The notes: generated by a model not told the origin, from the sequence alone. A DNA stretch of 63,029 nt, filler included, from Octopus bimaculoides (GCF_001194135.2; 12 parts of 11 records of this genome joined end to end with filler, not necessarily neighbours in it), one strand, 5' to 3'; counted from the whole stretch's first letter, positions 1 to 11,699 are shown. Numbers and translations are program-made.

Positions 1-170
1 AGCCAGTCTACTTCTGGGCACCCATATTGCCTTGATCTCGAAGTCGCTAACTACTAATCTGTGTTGGGGTGTACATTCTTCGCCAGGGAGGGTTTTGGCA
101 TTTATAAGCCTCCCTCTTTCTCTAGTTCTGGCGAGGATGTAGTCGATTTGGCTAGAGTGTCTGCCGGATA
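1..170 (-). mobile_element. RTE-clade LINE fragment, APE endonuclease C-terminal part
   Basis: Minus-strand translation SGRHSSQIDYILARTRERGRLINAKTLPGEECTPQHRLVVSDF matches the RTE endonuclease motifs SQIDYIL and GE..QHRLVV.D. Runs off the window edge. Confidence 0.85.
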
Positions 171-570
171 TTAAAATAAATTTGTTTGAAATTTTAAGGT
201 GTTTCCATTATTTTGTCCAACCCCTGTATGTTTTTCCATGCTAGTAGGGGTTAGACAAGAAGTAAATTTGGATAGGATTTTACAGTTGGATGCTCTTCCT
301 ATCACCAACCCACACTCGTTTTTCAAACACGAGATTTTTATGTTCCACAGACCTTTGAAAGTGCAGTGACAAGTCAAAATACCAAGAAAGAGAATACCAA
401 CATTAACACTGCTTTGTTTATATGGTAACAAACGAAATATCAACCTACACACACATTCAGACAAGCAAATACGCACACATTAAAAACAGTCTCTCGTCTC
501 TCTTTACTTCTTTTGGCCCCTCTCCCTCTTCTTTCTCTTCTAGTTTTTTTTCACTACCTCTATAAATGCC

Positions 571-812
571 GTAGGGGTGTTCAGGATTCTCCCATAACAA
601 AAAGACACTTCAAGAAAGCAAGCAACCCCCTCATCAACTACCAGTCTGGTGAGCACACAAGTCAGATTTCATTCTCAGCAGGAAATGGGCATCAAGCTGT
701 AGAAACTCTGCCAAATCAGATTGGAGCCTGGTGTAGTCTTCTGGTTCACCAGTCCTCAGTCAAATCGTCCAACCCATGCTAGCATGGAAAGCGGACGTTA
801 AACGATGATGAT
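571..812 (+). mobile_element. Internally deleted RTE LINE (endonuclease remnant joined to 3' end)
   Basis: HFKKASNPLINYQSGEHTSQI-FILSR endonuclease remnant runs directly into an RTE-type 3' end (..ccaacccatgctagcatggaaagcggacgttaaacgatgatgat). Confidence 0.65.
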
Positions 813-1271
813 ACATGTGTATATAATTATATGGATATATTTATATATTATTTATATTATATATCATATATATATATATATATATATATTATAAAGTTAC
901 AAAAAGTATTCTTTTTTATTTTATTTCACTAAATGAATCTACAAACAACTGTTAGAAATTGCAGCTAAATCTCCCTCTAAGCATATCCATCTTAAACAAC
1001 ATGTTTTCCATGCTGGCATGGGTTCAACTGCTGGCATCACCAAAAATAATTCAGAATTTCACCTCTGAAGTATCCTCTAGAACAAGTCCATCACGAAACA
1101 GCTTCAAAATAAATAGATATCAAAATACTTCTGGGCTCACAGACAAAAAATGCTACCAACTTCGGTTTGATGAAGTGGAAGCCTATTTTAATCGAAGATC
1201 GCTTGGCTTTGTTAGGAAAACCCAGAGTGGGGAGGGTGAAATCTGCTTTGCATAAGGATTACATTATTAGA

Positions 1272-1400
1272 CTTGGTAGGGCATATTAGCAAGGCCTGAA
1301 TTTCAGGGGAGGGGAACAAGTTGATTACATCAACACCAGTGTGAACACTTAATTTATTGACCCTGAAAGGAAGAAAGGCAAAGTTGACCTCAGCAGAATT

Positions 1401-1402
<2 letters not shown>
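1272..1402 (-). mobile_element. tRNA-derived SINE with Meta/MESC-like central domain, partial
   Basis: Contains the reverse complement of the domain gaggtc(a)actttgcctttc(t)tcctttcagggtc(a)ataaa, which recurs more than 10 times in this window. Confidence 0.75.
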
Positions 1403-1431
<29 letters not shown>

Positions 1432-1433
<2 letters not shown>

Positions 1434-2337
1434 TGTCCTGAAATAATGTGAGGCAGTGGCTCCCATGGCTTTCGATCGTAACTGATTGGAAGTATCATCA
1501 TGTACATGTTTTGTCTCGGTATAAAAGATGGGCTACAGCAAATATTCTGCTTAATACCACAGATTTGCTTGTCAGTTGTTTGACCTTAACCAGTTGAGCA
1601 TGTCCCTTGGTGGTTGATGATATGTGCATCTCTGATCATGAACAGCGGGGGAGCATTATAGCCATGTGTTGTGATGGATTCTTTAGGGTTTCGATCATTC
1701 GCCCTAGGAAATGTAGTAACGCCGTGCGCATGCGTAGTCTCACGCATGCGTGGAATTTAACAACCAAGCTTTCCCGCTTCATTCTGTCTCTTTCTTGCTG
1801 GCCAGCGATTGAGCAAGGACGTGTTTAGCTGTCTCTCTCCATCTTTCGAACTTACGCTAGACAGCTCGCTCACATCTACATACCAACGTCCAACAACCAT
1901 GCTCACACACACAGAAGACGTCTCAACAAACAAGAGCTAAAGATGTATATATTTACCACCTTGAATAAATGTTGTTTGTGTTGATAGTCTGGAGTTCAGC
2001 GTTCCGTTAATTCTTAATTTTATATAGGAAAGTCAGGTATACATCTAATGATGTATAACCCACTTTCCTATAGAAACATAGGTGTTTCATTCATCATCAT
2101 TAAACAACCCGTATTCAAGGACCTTTTAAGCAGGATGGGCTATTCAGCATGAAGAAAATTGTGACTGGGCCCCCACCTGCAAGGTCATGTGCTGTTTATC
2201 TTCATATGAGGTCACCATATTGCACATATATGGTTGTGATGCATATGCCTGTTGTACCCTTATCAGACGAGTATATTGGACTTGGGATATTTGTACCTCA
2301 GTGTCACTTTGATGGCAAACATTGCTCTCTCACTCAA
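1432..2337 (+). mobile_element. Non-coding ~550-bp interspersed element next to (TAA)n, split by an LTR-like insertion
   Basis: 1432-1711 and 2077-2337 are collinear with the uninterrupted inverted copy at 48746-49290. A (TAA)n tract precedes it. Confidence 0.75.
1712..2072 (+). mobile_element. Probable solo LTR
   Basis: Starts TGTAG and ends CCTATA (possibly decayed CCTACA). GAAA is duplicated at 1708-1711 and 2073-2076. An AATAAA near 1964 is followed by a GT-rich tract. It interrupts a recognisable repeat. Confidence 0.6.
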
Positions 2338-2702
2338 GGCAATATGGAATTGGGGGATGGGGCTAATCAATTATATTGACCCCTGTGCTTGATGGGTACT
2401 TTATTTATCGATCCTGAAAGGAAGAAAGACAAAGTCGACCTCAGCAAAATGTAAAGAATTGGAAGAAATGCTGCAAGGCAAATTGTGCCAGCTCTCTACC
2501 TTACCAAGAATAATAATAATTCTTTCGAATTTTGGGGGAGAGTCAAGTCGATTACATCAACCCAATGTTCAACTGGTATTTATTTTATTGACCCCGAAGG
2601 AACAAAAGGCATGGTCGACTTGGGCGGAATTTGAACTCAGACCATAAAGATAGACGAAATGGTGCTAAGCATTTCGTCCAGTGTGCTAATGATTTTACCA
2701 TC
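2337..2702 (-). mobile_element. Two decayed Meta/MESC-like SINE copies (2337-2455, 2520-2702)
   Basis: Same central domain as above. The second copy also keeps the tRNA-like head (gaatttgaactcag, gctaagcatttcgtcc). Confidence 0.7.
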
Positions 2703-2884
2703 TCGAAAATAATAGAGCGAATTCTTAATAAAATCTGGGTATTCCGACGTGTGTGCACCCACCTCCACCCGACTTCGCTGCCTCATAACCTCCAGAAAAA
2801 TTGATGTTTTTTTTTTAATGAAATGTTCAAGAAATACGTTTGAGTGTTCCAATTATGTTGGAATTTGTTGTGTAAAATTGTTTG

Positions 2885-3365
2885 TGGTGGGAAGAGGACT
2901 TTCGGAAAATTTATACGAATTGGTTGCTTTGTTTCCTCGTAACTTCCAGAAAAAATAAGTATTTTTTAAAGAAATTTTCTACAAATATTTTTCAGAGTGT
3001 ATAAATTACGATTATATCGGAATTTGGTGTGAAAAGAAAAACAACGAACATGCACACATCATACTTTTGCTCCGAAACTTCAAGTTTCGTTTTGTAGATA
3101 TATATGTGATGTGTCAATATGTATGTGTACAAGTCCACCAAATTTGCTTTTTCGTATTAAATTCAGATATAATCGTAATCTAAACACTCTAAAAGATATT
3201 TACAGAAAATTTCACTCAAAAAAAAATTACCCATTTTTCTGAAAGTTAGGACCAAACAAAACCGACTCCCGTGAATATCCCGAAACTCTTCACTTGCACC
3301 ATCGGAATTCCTTTTTTTTTTTTTTTTTTTTTCTTTCACAATAAATTCCGATATAATCGTAATCT
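2885..3365. repeat. Degenerate foldback / MITE-like inverted-repeat region
   Basis: About 2885-3025 pairs with about 3159-3305. The 21-mer ATTACGATTATATCGGAATTT occurs at 3005-3025 (+), 3159-3179 (-, one mismatch) and 3343-3363 (-, exact). Confidence 0.55.
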
Positions 3366-4251
3366 CTACGACTGTCAGTGAGCACATATGTAGGAATGCA
3401 AAAATCTCAAGCTAAAAATTCCTTAACTCGTTTCCGTTCATTTCGTTTTTAAAGTGATATTTAGAACACGTAAGAAACACGTTAGAAATTTCTCGTAAAA
3501 TATAAAGTAACTTCGAACCCCTAGAAACATCAGTTAAATCCCCCTTTAACCATACCCTACTCTACCGTCTTACAAAAGAGGGAAGGACACATTGAATAAC
3601 GTTGCCTTTGATATACCACCTGAATAAAATGTGTGGAAGGTGGTTGTGGCTAAAACGCATTAGATCATAGGCCTGGTGACTCACTGCCCTAGGGCTAAAC
3701 AATAACAGTAGAATAATCAAATAAATCGATATAATTCTTTCAGTTATTATGTTATCATTTCAAGTCGCCAAATAATTCGAAGCCTTCAAAATATTAAAAT
3801 TTTTGTTTTTAATTATTTAAAACTATATTTAATAAGTTCAAGAGACATTTCCTGCTTTAAGCTGACAGGTTTTAAAGTAAATATCCCAGTTGTTATGGCT
3901 ACATTGCAAATTTAAATAAAAGGATAGTTATGATGTAAAAAGTCTAATATTACTAAAAGTATTTTATTATCGGTTGTATTTAATTCTAAACTGATGCAAC
4001 ATTATCGACAAAGACAGTTACGAGTTGTTAGAAACAAAAGTTAATAAAACTTTCTTAACAGACACTAAATTTCCTTGTTTATGTATTTTAGTTTAGAGAC
4101 GAAAATTTGCGTTCATGCATTTGTTAATATAAACATCAGAAACTTTTAGGCCTTAGCTTTTTCTTTTTTTATTCCTTCCCTAATTGTGACTCTGAATATA
4201 AAATATATGAGAGAAAGTATTCTAAATAAATAAATAATCGATGTTACTCAC

Positions 4252-4457
4252 CCTTCGTGGGAAAGCCGTTTGCATTTATCAAGTCCTTCAAGACAGGTCG
4301 TAAGGCATTCAGAAAACTCCCGCAGCATCAAGTGAACTTTGGCCTGATCTATAACATCTTTGCAATCCCTATTAATGTAATGAGGTTCAACAATTTCTAC
4401 AGTTTCCTTTTCTGAAGAACTAAAGACATTATTGTATTGCTTCACAACAGCTGTCAT
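4252..4457 (-). CDS. Probable first coding exon of a host gene, PEX26-like (peroxisome assembly protein 26)
   Basis: Non-repetitive ORF MTAVVKQ...DVIDQAKVHLMLREFSECLTTCLEGLDKCKRLSHEG. In-frame stops lie just upstream of the ATG and a canonical GTGAGT donor starts at 4251 (phase 2). The helix resembles PEX26 [29 protein letters not shown] (recalled). No later exon was found in the window. Confidence 0.55.
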
Positions 4458-4989
4458 TCTTTATCACATGCTTTCCGGTGAACATGGAGAGAAGTTCTCC
4501 TTTAAATAAACGACCCGAAATTGGAAACAGCCTTGATATAATGGTACTAAATATAAAACGTTATGATGTTTAGCATAAACACAAAGCTACGAATTTGATT
4601 GGTATTTTATATATCAGCCTTAGAAGAATGTAAGGCAAAGTTGAGTGGTGAGATAGGTTGAATAAAATGAGAGCATAGCTATATCATAGGTAATATTTTA
4701 AACGATAAATGCGTTTCTGGTTAGTATTCTTGTTGCCTTCAATACAGTCTAATATCCTAATTTTGGGAGGAGGAGGATTAAACGAGAATAGTATATCTGA
4801 CATGTAGATTCATCAGTCCTCGTTTCATGATTTATTATAAGATTAGCAAGACCTGTGAAAATACGATCTGGATCTTGAAGGTATTCGATAATTTTAACTC
4901 GGATTTAAATATTTGAAAGTTATTGATCGCACTAAAATTGATTTTTTTTTCTTTTATAAATAGTGTTATGCATGCGGCTTGTTGAATCG

Positions 4990-5360
4990 GCTAATAGTTC
5001 CATAGCCAAGTTGTCACCAGGAGACGAAATATCTTTGCTTTTTGATACTCTCGAGTTCTTGCTTAGCTTGTTTGAAGCATTATAAAGTACATTCCTCACT
5101 TCGAATGCCAATGATTGCTTCTCGAGTTCCTATAGGCAAAAGGAGTAATAATTGTCTGAAAATGCCTTCCAAGACTATAAACTTCCCTCCAAACAGATGC
5201 AAGCACAAGAATCATTAATGCGTCATCGAAAATGATCGAGTTCATATATTTCAGATAGGATCCTTGATTAAAAACGGTGGATATAGCATATATTTGTCTC
5301 TGTCAATGGAGCAGGTAACCTGAACAAATTGTTCCGTCCTTCTAGTAGCGTAGCTGGGGG
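4990..5360 (-). mobile_element. Helitron PIF1-like helicase relic (frameshifted)
   Basis: Motifs in the expected order: TLLEGRNNLFRLPAPL, IIFDDALM (cf. IIWDEAPM), LFGGKFIVLEGIFRQ..PIGTREAII (cf. PFGGK.IVL.GDFRQ), KLSKNSRV (cf. L..NMRV). Confidence 0.75.
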
Positions 5361-6124
5361 AGGGTTTGTCCTTTTGAGTGGGCCACATTTTTGGAGCTGT
5401 TGTGTAAGCCTGCAATAAGCAGCAAACTATGTGATGGGGCACGAACTCAGGGAGCTACAGAAAACTCGAGAGGTGGGAGTAAATTCGGAAAGTGGGGGAA
5501 AACTTAGGAGGTAGAAGAGCGAACTCAAATGCTGCCTCGGGAAGTACACACTCTAGCTACACTTCTGATAACGATGAAGATATTATATCTGTCAAAGTAC
5601 CACAGTAAACCTAACAATTATTTCTTTGCGACTGATTCTAACATTGAAGAAATGTAAAAACTAACTTTTCTTTTTTCTGAACTGAGATTTGAAACCGAAT
5701 CTAAGGATTCTCGCTCATCTGAGCCACCACTGGCCAAACAGGCCTGAAAGAAATTTCTTTGTCCTGTCAAAAAGTGATGGATAGTTTTCTCTTCGACCTA
5801 CGACTCAAGCCGTGTCATTTAAGGTTCAAGTGGACAGGAGGCGACTTACATACGTAGAAATTACTCTTGTGGTATATCTGTTCTTCTAGCTGTCCTGACC
5901 ATTATAAATACAATCAGACATATGACAGAGACAGATTGCCACAGGGAAGACAGCCAGCAAGTAACTTCCGCTAGTTTAGCAGCCAACAGAGAACCACATT
6001 ATTCAGCATGAATGACCCAACACAGTAGCAGTAGCTCTTTTCCCCAACTCTGTGTATGCCAGATGTCAACTCATGCTCTTTGCGCTCTTGTCAGACACAA
6101 CTTGTTTCTGTTCGACTCCAGGTT

Positions 6125-6504
6125 TTCTTTTATTCTTTTATTTGTTTCAGTCATTTGACTGCGGCCATTTTAGAGCACCACCTTTAGTCGAACAAATCAA
6201 CCCCAGGACTTATTATTTGTAAGCCTAGTACTTATTCTCTTTTGCCGAACTGTTAAGTTACGGGTACATAAAAACACCATCATCGATTGTCAAGCGATGT
6301 TGGACACACACACACACACACANNNNNNNNNNNNNNNNNNNNNNNNNNNNNNNNNNNNNNNNNNNNNNNNNNNNNNNNNNNNNNNNNNNNNNNNNNNNNN
6401 NNNNNNNNNNNNNNNNNNNNNNNNNNNNNNNNNNNNNNNNNNNNNNNNNNNNNNNNNNNNNNNNNNNNNNNNNNNNNNNNNNNNNNNNNNNNNNNNNNNN
6501 NNNC

Positions 6505-6535
<31 letters not shown>

Positions 6536-6690
6536 ACGGGCTTCTTTCAGTTTCCGCCTACCAAATCTACTCACAAGGCTTTGGTCGGCCCGAGGCTATA
6601 GTAGAAGACATTTGCCCAAGGTGCCACGCAGTGAGACTGAACCCAGGACCATGTTGTTGTTAAGCAAGCTACTTACCACACAGCCACTCC
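6125..6690 (-). mobile_element. tRNA-derived CORE-like SINE (octopus OR-type) with internal microsatellite and gap
   Basis: Both halves match the intact copy at 36172-36580. CORE-like gcaccttgggcaa motif is present. An N gap lies in the central (TA)n/(TG)n. Confidence 0.85.
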
Positions 6691-8199
6691 CTGGTTGGTC
6701 ACAAAGTTAATAGAGAAAATTGTCTGTCCGATGCAATGCGCCAACGTGCCACACTGTCGTCGTTCTGGCTAAACTTCGCAAGTGCCCACGACAACAACGC
6801 CAGGCACATTTCACTTCCGCACTCTTTTCAAGGCATTTTCATACAAAATGTAATCCTGCAAGAACACTTTTGCTGATATCATGGATAAAGAATGCACACC
6901 CTCACTCGCCTCGGCTTATTCCACAGCTGCAGGGCTTTCTCTCGCACTCATGTATACGCCTTTGCACGCTCGCTCACTGCCTCAGTTTCTGGCACATCCA
7001 GCATTCATACGCACACTCATTCATTCTGCCTCAGTCGTGCATGGACTGGCATATTCTGCATTCTGTGCACACAAAGCGACATTGCACGAATAGATACTTG
7101 TCTCGTATACCTTCTCAAGATTCTCTCTCCTGATATGCACAAGTTTTCTAAGCCTTGCATCACATTCACCACCAACAAAATACTTTTTACAATTGAATGT
7201 TATTTTCACTTTGTCCTAAAATGCATTTTTGTGTGAATGCATTTTTTCCCTCTAGATCGCTCGTTAATTTGTTTAGAAACTCTCTAGCGGGGGAGTAGTG
7301 TAGGGATCTAGCGTGACCCTGCCTGAGATTTGAAACCAAATCCACCGGCTTGTTGCTTGTCAAAACAAGCGGCAAATCTTCTCTACACCAGAAGATTGAT
7401 AAGGAAACACTCGACCCCAACCTAGGACCTGTACTGGTCAAGGAAAGTTCAGTCCTTTGTTTACGGTTTGACCTACATTACTGACCATAGTCTATATAAC
7501 AGAGAGAGTTTCCTATCTCTTCCAATTTTGTGTCAGTGAGACCAAGGAGCAACAAACGTCNNNNNNNNNNNNNNNNNNNNNNNNNNNNNNNNNNNNNNNN
7601 NNNNTTAATTAATTAANNNNNNNNNNNNNNNNNNNNNNNNNNNNNNNNNNNNNNNNNNNNCAGCCAAACTCTTCCCACCTCAGCCAATGTAATGAATAAT
7701 GCAGTCAGTAAACCTGCACAAGTTGTTGCTGAACATAAACCACATCGATCTCACCTGTTTGATATGGCAGAACGTGTAAAGGTCATGACCCTGTACACGT
7801 AGCCCCTTCTATTCCTCCTCATACTCTCCCTTCTTCTATATTCTCCCCTGAAAAGTGCAGTCTAGTATTATGCAGCGTGTAGAGTAGTCGCGTTTTATTG
7901 CTGTTGTTATTTGGTATCGAATCGTACCCGGTTAAACAGAATAATGATACAATTTCTGTATCGTCATTTTCCTTCTAAACAAATGGGCTGTGATTTTATG
8001 AGAAATTTGGCTGCAATTTCTAGCAGGCTAGGTGTTCTTTTAGAGGCTCTCTTGTTGGCTGGACAAAATGTTGCGTAGGTCTTACGATAGCAATAAAGTG
8101 CAATCCCGTATAACGTAACGCATCTTTTTTTAACAATATATCTCGAAGCACATAAAGCTATAAGTAATTCTTTCTATTGTAAGCAAAATGCCGAAATTT

Positions 8200-8607
8200 T
8201 CATGAGAGGGAGCTATTCGACTACTGTCAAGCTTAGTATTCAGATTATACTTATTTTATCGACTCCGACAGGATAAAAGGCAAAATATGCCTCGACGGAA
8301 TAATTTGAACTCAGAACATAAAGGCGGACGAAATACCGCTAAGCATTTAGTCCGGCGTGTTAATGATTCTGCCGGCTCGTCGCCTTACATAAAACTTTAA
8401 ATAAGCACAAATTTTACCACGAGGGTAGCAGTTTTGGGAGAGGGGATGAGTCGATTACATCGATCCCAGTGTTCAACTGGTACTTATTTTATCAATCTCT
8501 GGAAGAATGAAAAGTAAAGTCGATCTCGGCGGAATTTGATCTTAGAACATAGCGACGGGATAAGCATTTCGTCCGGCGCGCTAACGATTCTGCCAGCTCG
8601 CCGCCTT
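8200..8607 (-). mobile_element. Two tandem Meta/MESC-like tRNA SINEs
   Basis: Copies at 8200-8386 and 8397-8607. ACATAAAACT flanks the second copy at 8387-8396 and 8608-8617. Confidence 0.8.
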
Positions 8608-8614
8608 ACATAAA

Positions 8615-9532
8615 ACTGTAGATAAAAAGTTTCAGTATTAGTTCTGTAGCGCCAACAGATGATAACACGCGGTTGCATGTGCAGTGAGAGCTAGCAGTAA
8701 CCTTGATTAGGCAGTGTTCCAAGTGACATCGCTATGTTTACTTCACAAGTTGTGAAATTTGTATTTTTGTGATCACAGGTATGTTGTAGTCTGCGATTTT
8801 GTCATGGACAAAGAGCCAACGTGAAAATTTGAGTTAAATTTGGCATTGAGCATGTTTTGACAAGCTTACGGCGACGAGGCAATGGGTCGTACGTAATGTT
8901 TCGAGTGGCACGGCCGCTTCAAAAGCGGAAGAACGTCCCTGGAAGACGATGAGCGACTTGGAAGACCTGCTACGAGCGTCACCCCCGGAAATGTGGGCAA
9001 AATTCATCAGCTTCTGCATGAAGGTCATCGGAGGACAATCAACGACATTGCTAGTGTTGTTGGTCTGTCGTATGGGTCTATGCAAGCAATCCTAACGTCT
9101 GAATTGAACATGCGGTGTGTCTCTGCCAAGTTTCTTACCCGCCTGCTGACCACGAGCAGAAAGAACATGGCTTCGCAGTCTGTCAAGATCTCTGTCAGCG
9201 TGTGGTTGATGACCCATCCTTCATGTCGAGGATCATCACCGGTGATGACAGTTGGGTCTACAACTATGACCCTGAGACGAAGCAGCAGTCGTCACAATGG
9301 AAGAGGCATTCATCTCCACGACCAAAGAAGGCATGACAGAGCCGCAGCTCAGTCAAGAATATACTCATCGTTTCTTTCGACATCCGCGGTATTGTGCATC
9401 GAGAATTCGTTCTCCAGGGCCAGACGGTCAATCAAGAGTTCTGTGACGTTTTGAAGCGTTTGAGGGAGGATATTTAGCGAAAGCGACCGGTTCTTTGGAG
9501 CATAAAGAATCCAATGCACCCTGTCACAGAGC
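8615..9532 (+). mobile_element. Mariner transposase pseudogene, cut by an assembly gap
   Basis: QAYGDEAMGR.CFEWHGRFKSGRTSLEDDERLGRP, AILTSELNMRCVSAKF, IITGDDSWVYNYDPETKQQSSQW (catalytic-D region), with stops and frameshifts. Confidence 0.93.
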
Positions 9533-9632
9533 NNNNNNNNNNNNNNNNNNNNNNNNNNNNNNNNNNNNNNNNNNNNTTAATTAATTAANNNNNNNNNNNN
9601 NNNNNNNNNNNNNNNNNNNNNNNNNNNNNNNN

Positions 9633-10250
9633 ACCACCACCATCACCACCACACCCACCACCACCACCATCACCACCACACCCACCACCGACGTTACTAT
9701 TAAAACTTAGTTGCCACTTCTACCATCACCACCACCACCACTACCATTGTCATCGCCACCGCTACCATCACTAGAAACACGACTACTACCACCACCACCT
9801 TTACGGGCACTGTCACCACCACCACCACTATAACTGCCACTACACCCACTATCGCGAAACCATCCCACTGCTAGTACCACCACCACCACAACTACATCCA
9901 GTACCACCACAACCGCCACCTCCACATTTCTGCGCCATAACCACCATCAGAAGAAGAACAACGGCGTCTGTAACTGCGGCCGCTACCACTGATACTACTA
10001 CTACAACTACTAATACTACTATTACTACTGTCACCCACCCTCTCCTCTGACCACCACCGGTATCATAGTATATAACGAATCACTCGTGGCATTTGACCAT
10101 TAAAACAGTGGGCAGTGAAGAAGAAGAAGAAGAAGAAGAAGAAGAAGCAGAAGAAGCAGAAGAAGAAGAAGAAGAAGAAGAAGAAGAAGAAGAAGAAGAA
10201 GAGGTACAACTCTGTTACCATTATCATCATCATCGTCATCATTATCTAGA
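9633..10250. repeat. Trinucleotide low-complexity tract (CAC/TAC, then GAA, CAT)
   Basis: Visible directly. The ORFs over it are homopolymeric. Confidence 0.9.
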
Positions 10251-10478
10251 ACAACTATATCGCCATAACGACACCAGCAACATCGCTGTTGAAAAGTTAC
10301 ACCTGACTTAATAAGCACGCGAGCCATACACACGCGCGCACACACGTACACACACGGTTATTAATCTACCCACACAGGCACAGACAGTTATTCATCTACC
10401 CACACAAAGAAGACACACACACACGCACACACACGCTCACACACGCACACACACAAATACACATACATACACTCACGC

Positions 10479-10517
<39 letters not shown>

Positions 10518-10814
10518 TATAGACATATATACACATATATTTCTCACCATCTCAAGCGCTGACAGAGACCTCTGTATGTGTGTATATATATATATTTCCG
10601 AAGCTAACTCCAGCAAAGGCATTCTGCCGATCACTGCCGAATAGTTCCGAACTCTCTACGTAAACTAACGAAAGGAACTGCAAGTCTAGCTAGGTGAGTA
10701 AAACTTTTAATCCGTCTTGCAACAATGACAACAACAACAACAACAATAATAATAGTAATAATTATGGTGTTATTGTAATTACGTTGTGTTTTGTTTTAGT
10801 GAAATCTCAGGTTG

Positions 10815-10859
<45 letters not shown>

Positions 10860-11574
10860 NNNNNNNNNNTATATATATATATATATATATATATCTATAT
10901 ATATATATATATTATATATTATATATTATATATATATATTATATACATACACACACACACACATACATATAAATATATATATGCGTGTGCGTATCTGCAT
11001 ACATACATATATATATAATCATAAATATATAGGGATTGACAGTAACCNNNNNNNNNNNNNNNNNNNNNNNNNNNNNNNNNNNNNNNNNNNNNNNNNNNNN
11101 NNNNNNNNNNNNNNNNNNNNNNNNNNNNNNNNNNNNNNNNNNNNNNNATATATATATACATATATATATATATACTTAGAGATATACATACATATATACA
11201 CATACATATACGCATAGTATTCCTTTATACATATATATACACACATGTATGCATATATCTAACCTGGCACTCACATACATTTATGTTTCCTCTTTCTGTT
11301 TCGTAATTTAGTGTTTATTTTTAACCCCAATCCCCAGCTAAAATGTAAAGGTTCTAAAATGTAAAAGAAAGCTATTCTTTTAACAATAAAAGAGACCATA
11401 TTCTTCTCCAACTAAAGAAGAAATTAAATACACTATCAATCTCTGAAACGACTCTGCTCCAGTGTAGCCACAGCCTCTGACTAAGACAAGAAAAAGTATA
11501 AGCAAAACAGATGTTATTTGCTAAACCATTTCAGTTCCAGTCTCCAAAATCCTTTGATGATCTCAGATCTTGCT

Positions 11575-11699
11575 ACCATTTCTAGTTCAGTTCGTGGCAC
11601 TTTGCACAAGTGTATTCTACTATAGTCTCGGGTCGACCAACGCTTTGTGATTGGATTTGGTAGATGGAAACTGAGAGGAAGCCTGTTGTGTACATATAT

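Noticed and set aside
1-812. Two RTE endonuclease pieces in opposite orientation overlapping at SG.H.SQI, resembling the other inversions
   Set aside because: The overlapping codons are too divergent at nucleotide level and 400 bp of other sequence separates them. More likely two independent insertions.
959-1255. 98-aa plus-strand ORF
   Set aside because: Starts within an RTE-tail remnant, has no recognisable motif and no convincing splice signals.
4472-4479. ETS-like TTTCCGGT just upstream of the candidate start codon
   Set aside because: Imperfect match and too short to support a promoter call without transcription-start data.
7561-7660. TTAATTAATTAA centred in 100-bp N blocks, repeated 11 times in the window (e.g. 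9533, 14279, 20052, 21491, 29710, 42994, 50610, 56642, 58011, 61103)
   Set aside because: Scaffolding spacer with stops in all frames, not a biological repeat. Distance across these gaps is unreliable.
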